Origin: Macrostomum lignano
Taxonomy: Eukaryota
Assembly (NCBI GenBank): GCA_002269645.1
Contig: NIVC01005256.1
Location: forward strand, 1-15,464
Length of the DNA: 15,464 bases
Direction: 5' to 3'
Below are positions 11,272 to 15,464 of the stretch, piece after piece. The notes under the pieces are model-generated. The model saw only the letters and a program-made list of their open reading frames with translations, did not search any database and was not told where the DNA came from. Position numbers and translations under genes: made by a program. The stretch's first letter is position 1; every line of letters starts with the position of its first letter.

Positions 11272-11960
11272 GTGAGAGAGGGAAAGAGGTAGAGGGGAGG
11301 TAGATGGGGAACAGAGAGAGTAGAGAGGTAAAGGGTAGGGATGGAGAGGGGAGAGAATGACTGGGGAGAGAGGGAGACAGCGGCTGCTGGAGAGAGCGAG
11401 AGAAGGAGAGGGAGACGGGTAGAGGCAGGAGAGGGAGAGAGGAGAGGGAAGAGGGGTGAAGTGTTATAGGAAGAGAGGAGGCAAGGAGAGAGGAGAGAGG
11501 AGAGAAGAGAGAAGTAGAGGGGGAGAGAAGGACAGTGGAGAGAGGGAGAGGGGAGAAAGTGAGAGGGGAGAGAAGCAGATGCGAGAGAAGAGAGGAGAGA
11601 GGTAAAGGGGATAGTGGTTGAAAGGAGAGAGGGAGAGGGCAGATGATGGGGAAGGAGAGGGAGAGGGAGAGGGGAGAGGGAGAGGAAAGAGAGGGAGAGG
11701 GGAGAGGGAGAGGGGAGAGAGGGAGAGAGGGAGAAGAGAAGGGAGATGGAGAGGAAAGAGAGGGAAGAGAGGAGAGAGGGAGAGAGGGAGAGGAAGGGGG
11801 AGATGGAGAGGAAAGCGAGGGAAGAGAGGGAGAGGGGAGAGGAGAGAGGAGATGGAGAGAAAAGCGAGGGAAGAGAGGGAGAGGGGAGAGGGAGAGGGGA
11901 GATGGAGAGAAAAGCGGGGAAGAGAGGGAGAGGGGAGAGGGAGAGAAAAGCGGGGAGAGA
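11272..11960 (+). repeat. GA-rich polypurine low-complexity tract with internal subrepeats
   Basis: Almost entirely G and A, with recurring blocks such as GAGATGGAGAGAAAAGCG. Confidence 0.9.
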
Positions 11961-12136
11961 GCTACACTACAGATTTACCTGTGCGGTCAGATATAAAATT
12001 CAACCGGCTGAAATCTCTGCAACAAGTTCGCTGTCATGAACCACAAAACGCTTAACATAATATTTACTCGTAGGAGACTTTCAAATATCAAGGTTGCTTT
12101 TTACTTTATGTTTCATTTTTGTCATACTACTGCTAG

Positions 12137-12223
12137 CGCAGCCAATGAGTAGCAATACGGGCAGGCGTGGCTCTAAGAGCTCAAATTTCACTGAGGCGGT
12201 CGCCAGAGCCAATGGAATTCGAG
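12137..12223 (+). CDS. Possible phase-1 cassette exon (QPMSSNTGRRGSKSSNFTEAVARANGIR)
   Basis: Long T-rich tract ending CTGCTAG (12136), an open 87-nt frame and a weak donor GAG|GTGGCT. The region could instead be promoter-like (see findings). Confidence 0.25.
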
Positions 12224-12554
12224 GTGGCTCAGGAGAAGCTGGCTGGGGTGTCCCCAAGTGTTTTTTCCACGTGCTCGCCAATAAAAAACTTCACAAAAAA
12301 GAAGAAAAGTAGAAATCCAGAAAGAAAAAAATAAAGACAGAAAAAAGCTGCGAAACAAAATGGAAATTGTTGCGGTAGAAGAACCCAGGAGAAGACTGCA
12401 TGTACTGGTTTCTGCTCCTAATCTTGACAGCGGTGATAGAAGCAGCTACAAAAGCAACTTTATAAGCATCTGCGGAAGCAGAAGCAGAAGAAAGGTGCTG
12501 GATAACAATGTTGAAAGCAACTACATGTACGAAGGCTCCTCTGGAGATGACTGC

Positions 12555-12902
12555 GGAAGCAACAGTGGAAGCAACAGTGGAAGCAACAGTGGAAGCAACA
12601 GTGGAAGCAACAGTGGAAGCAACAGTGGAAGCAACAGTGGAAGCAACAGTGGAAGCAACAGTGGAAGCAACAGTGGAAGCAACAGTGGAAGCAACAGTGG
12701 AAGCAACTGCGGAAGCAACAGTGGAAGCAACAGTGGAAGCAACAGTGGAAGCAACAGTGGAAGCAACAGTGGAAGCAACAGTGGAAGCAACAGTGGAAGC
12801 AACAGTGGAAGCAACAGTGGAAGCAACAGTGGAAGCAACAGTGGAAGCAACTGCGGAAGCAACTGCGGAAGCAACAGTGGAAGCAACAGCGGAAACAACG
12901 GC
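12555..12902 (+). repeat. 12-bp minisatellite (GGAAGCAACAGT)n, 28 units plus one degenerate unit
   Basis: Exact 12-bp period, with GGAAGCAACTGC variants at units 13, 25 and 26. Confidence 0.97.
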
Positions 12903-12929
12903 AGTCGCTCCGCCGCGGCAGCGCGCCAG

Positions 12930-13157
12930 GCCCGCCTCGCCCTGTCAGCCGCCATCCGGTCAGACAGCCGGCGCGCCCAAAGCCGCTTCGGTCTCCGCCT
13001 CCGCCGGCCAGGCCGTGCGCCGACGACCGCTGCGCCACCGGCTGGGTGCCGGCCGCCAGCCTGCCCGCCTTCTACTCGTCGAAGGTGCCGCCGACGGAGA
13101 AATCAGCGACTGCGGCGGCTGCCGCTAAAAGGCGACTTTTGCAAGCGAAAATCTCTG
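12930..13157 (+). CDS. Internal Pro-rich exon: PPRPVSRHPVRQPARPKPLRSPPPPARPCADDRCATGWVPAASLPAFYSSKVPPTEKSATAAAAAKRRLLQAKIS
   Basis: GC-rich island ending at donor G|GTAAGG (13158). Acceptor GCCAG (12929) gives a 228-nt phase-1/phase-1 exon. An alternative acceptor CCTGTCAG (12948) exists and other frames are also largely open, so the frame is uncertain. Confidence 0.5.
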
Positions 13158-13159
13158 GT

Positions 13160-13385
13160 AAGGGGAGGGCGGAATAGAGGGGAAAGCAGAAGGAGGCGAG
13201 GGCGGAAGGAGGGGGCGGAAGGAAGGGGTGAAAGGAGGGGGTGAAAGGAGGGGAGTGGAAGGAGGGGGCGGAAGGAGGGGCGGCGGAAGGAGGGGGCGGA
13301 AGGAGGGGGGCGGAAGGAGGGGGGCGGAAGGAGGGGGGCGGAAGGAGGGGGGCGGAAGGAGGGGGGGCGAAAGAAGAAAGAGCTG
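13160..13385 (+). repeat. G-rich degenerate tandem repeat (GGAAGGAGGGGGGC-like, 12-14 bp) filling a short intron
   Basis: Repeated G-runs immediately after the donor at 13158. Confidence 0.9.
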
Positions 13386-13450
13386 ATGAAGGAGAGAGCC
13401 TAAGCTCAATCCCAATGGACTCTCGTGCTCCCCACTCGCCACCATTGCAG

Positions 13451-13536
13451 ACCTGCTGCCGCAGCAGCAGAGACGCCCCAGCTGCTGTCAGTCTCCAGTT
13501 TCTGCTCCAAAGCAGCAGCAACGCCGGAGCTGCTGA
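13451..13536 (+). CDS. Probable terminal coding exon (D)LLPQQQRRPSCCQSPVSAPKQQQRRSC*
   Basis: Acceptor CCACCATTGCAG (13450), phase-1 continuity with 13157, TGA at 13534-13536 and AATAAA about 100 nt downstream. Confidence 0.5.
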
Positions 13537-13638
13537 GAGCCGTTGTTGGCAGAATTGACACTGCAGCAATGCCGAACACTTGAACTCTCTGTGCAAAACT
13601 AACATTGACAACTCAAGCCACGCGAGTGGAATGTTGTA

Positions 13639-13644
13639 AATAAA
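13639..13644 (+). terminator. Candidate polyadenylation signal AATAAA
   Basis: Lies downstream of the putative stop and is followed by T/GT-rich sequence (TAATTTTTGTCTC). Confidence 0.4.
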
Positions 13645-14308
13645 TTCATGTATAATTTTTGTCTCGCTAATTAAAAGATCCCCGGTTTCTTTCTCCGGGT
13701 TCGAGTTCAGCAGGCGCATGCGGTCTGGTAACTGGGGCAGCGATGAAGCTGAGGAGGCTGGGGAGTTCAGACTGACGGATGCTGGGAGGCTGGGGCCTGT
13801 CAGGACTGACTGAGGCCCGGCAGCTGATGGAAATTCAAGACCTGCCGAAGGCGGAGAGTCGCAAAACTGAAGCCCCGCGTTCCCAGGGATCGAGTCAAGA
13901 CTGCTTACATGGAAATGATGACTCATCCAAAATATACTGGTGTCTGGATTTTTTCTTTGCTTTCATTGGCAACAATGCAATAAGCTTAAATTGGCGTTCT
14001 TTACCGGCTTCCTACTCATTTATAAGAAACTTAGGTGTAGCGTCCTGGCACCTGTAATAAATTGTAAATGCCTAACGATAAATAAAATTAGGGGCTGCTG
14101 TGCACTCCTGTGTGAGTGTGTGCCTGCGTATGACTGCGTACGTATCCGCGCGCTTGTGTGCCTGCTCAGGTGAGTCGGCCGAATGGGCAGCAATGCCTCT
14201 CGCCGGTTGTGTGACAATGTCGCTGTCAAAATCTCCTTCCAGATTCTATCACCCAGAGCTCCTTGATTCAATAAAAATACTTGTTACTTGCCTGTTCGCA
14301 GTCTTCAG

Positions 14309-14556
14309 CCAGGCTGTCAGAAGACAAAGACCCGCACGCCAGCTTTCGCTACACTGTGGGCGCGGATTTCTCACCCCCGTCAGCCACTCCGTTCACACGC
14401 CAGCCCACAATGTTCCCTCATAAATTTCTGCAAACAAAAAAGTCGACTTTCACCAACCCGAGCTCGCGCCCCGAGAGCTCATCTGTTGCAGTTGCTAAGT
14501 GCTGCTGCCCCGAGCACTTCACACACTCCATCCCCACTGCCAAACAGGAAACATAG
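14309..14556 (+). CDS. Possible alternative terminal exon (A)RLSEDKDPHASFRYTVGADFSPPS...PTAKQET*
   Basis: Pyrimidine-rich acceptor region TTGTTACTTGCCTGTTCGCAGTCTTCAG. Phase-1 entry at 14309 opens about 82 non-repetitive codons to TAG. Confidence 0.3.
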
Positions 14557-14908
14557 CAACTCAATTAACGGCTCGAGATGGAGACGAGGAAAGGCTGGAG
14601 GCTCCGGGGAAGAACGGTAGGCAGGCACTCGAGAGGCCTTTTGTAGACCACTTCACAATGCGCGTCTCTGGGCCCGCCCCTATCTGTCTCGCCTCGCCTC
14701 TCTCAGTCAGCGCCGACTCTGGAGTGACGTCAGCATCATCAGAGTTTCCCCCTTCTTACTTATCTGTCTTTGTGCTCGGTTGGCTGTTGCCGTTTAAATA
14801 ATCTACGATTAAACCATTAAATTACTCGTAGAAGGCGGTGTGAATGTAGCCAATGATCTACTTTGGCTTCAAGGCTGTCTAGACAGAAATAGTTACAACT
14901 TTTAGTCT

Positions 14909-15304
<396 letters not shown>

Positions 15305-15464
15305 GTCGGCACGCAGCTGCAGCAGCTGGCGAGAGACCTGAGCTGACGCCAATACAGGCTAAGAAAACACAGTTACACTCAGTCTCGCGAGCCCCCAACA
15401 GAAAGCTGATTTCGCAACACGGCCCAGCATTCTGTTACAAAAGCAAATGGCGTCGCAGTGTTTG

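Noticed and set aside
11618-12055. Glu/Arg/Gly-rich ORFs
   Set aside because: They are translations of the GA polypurine tract.
13072-13926. 284-aa minus-strand ORF
   Set aside because: It runs through the C-rich complement of the intronic G-repeat and antisense to + strand exons, with no recognisable domain.

Overview
This is eukaryotic (metazoan-like) genomic DNA, not prokaryotic. Most of it is intron filled with micro- and minisatellites, and these generate nearly all the long ORFs in the supplied track. Between the repeats are short GC-rich + strand exon candidates with canonical splice signals: <1-281, 7562/7590-7708, 10597-10770, 12930-13157 and 13451-13536 followed by AATAAA. From 7708 onward they join through phase-1 introns into a low-complexity intracellular tail carrying SSESDSGRGT and a WIRS-like MSTF motif, which suggests a protocadherin-like receptor tail (inference only). 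A tRNA-headed CORE-like SINE (5373-5681) sits inside a (GGGTTT)n array. The points most worth following up are a reading-frame conflict in exon 2, an array of TCAAGGTCA nuclear-receptor sites behind a 5' splice site, nested inverted microsatellite pairs around exons, a higher-order (GAT)n array and a possible internal promoter with an alternative-frame ORF. No CRISPR, rRNA or functional tRNA is supported. All gene models are manual reads and remain unvalidated.
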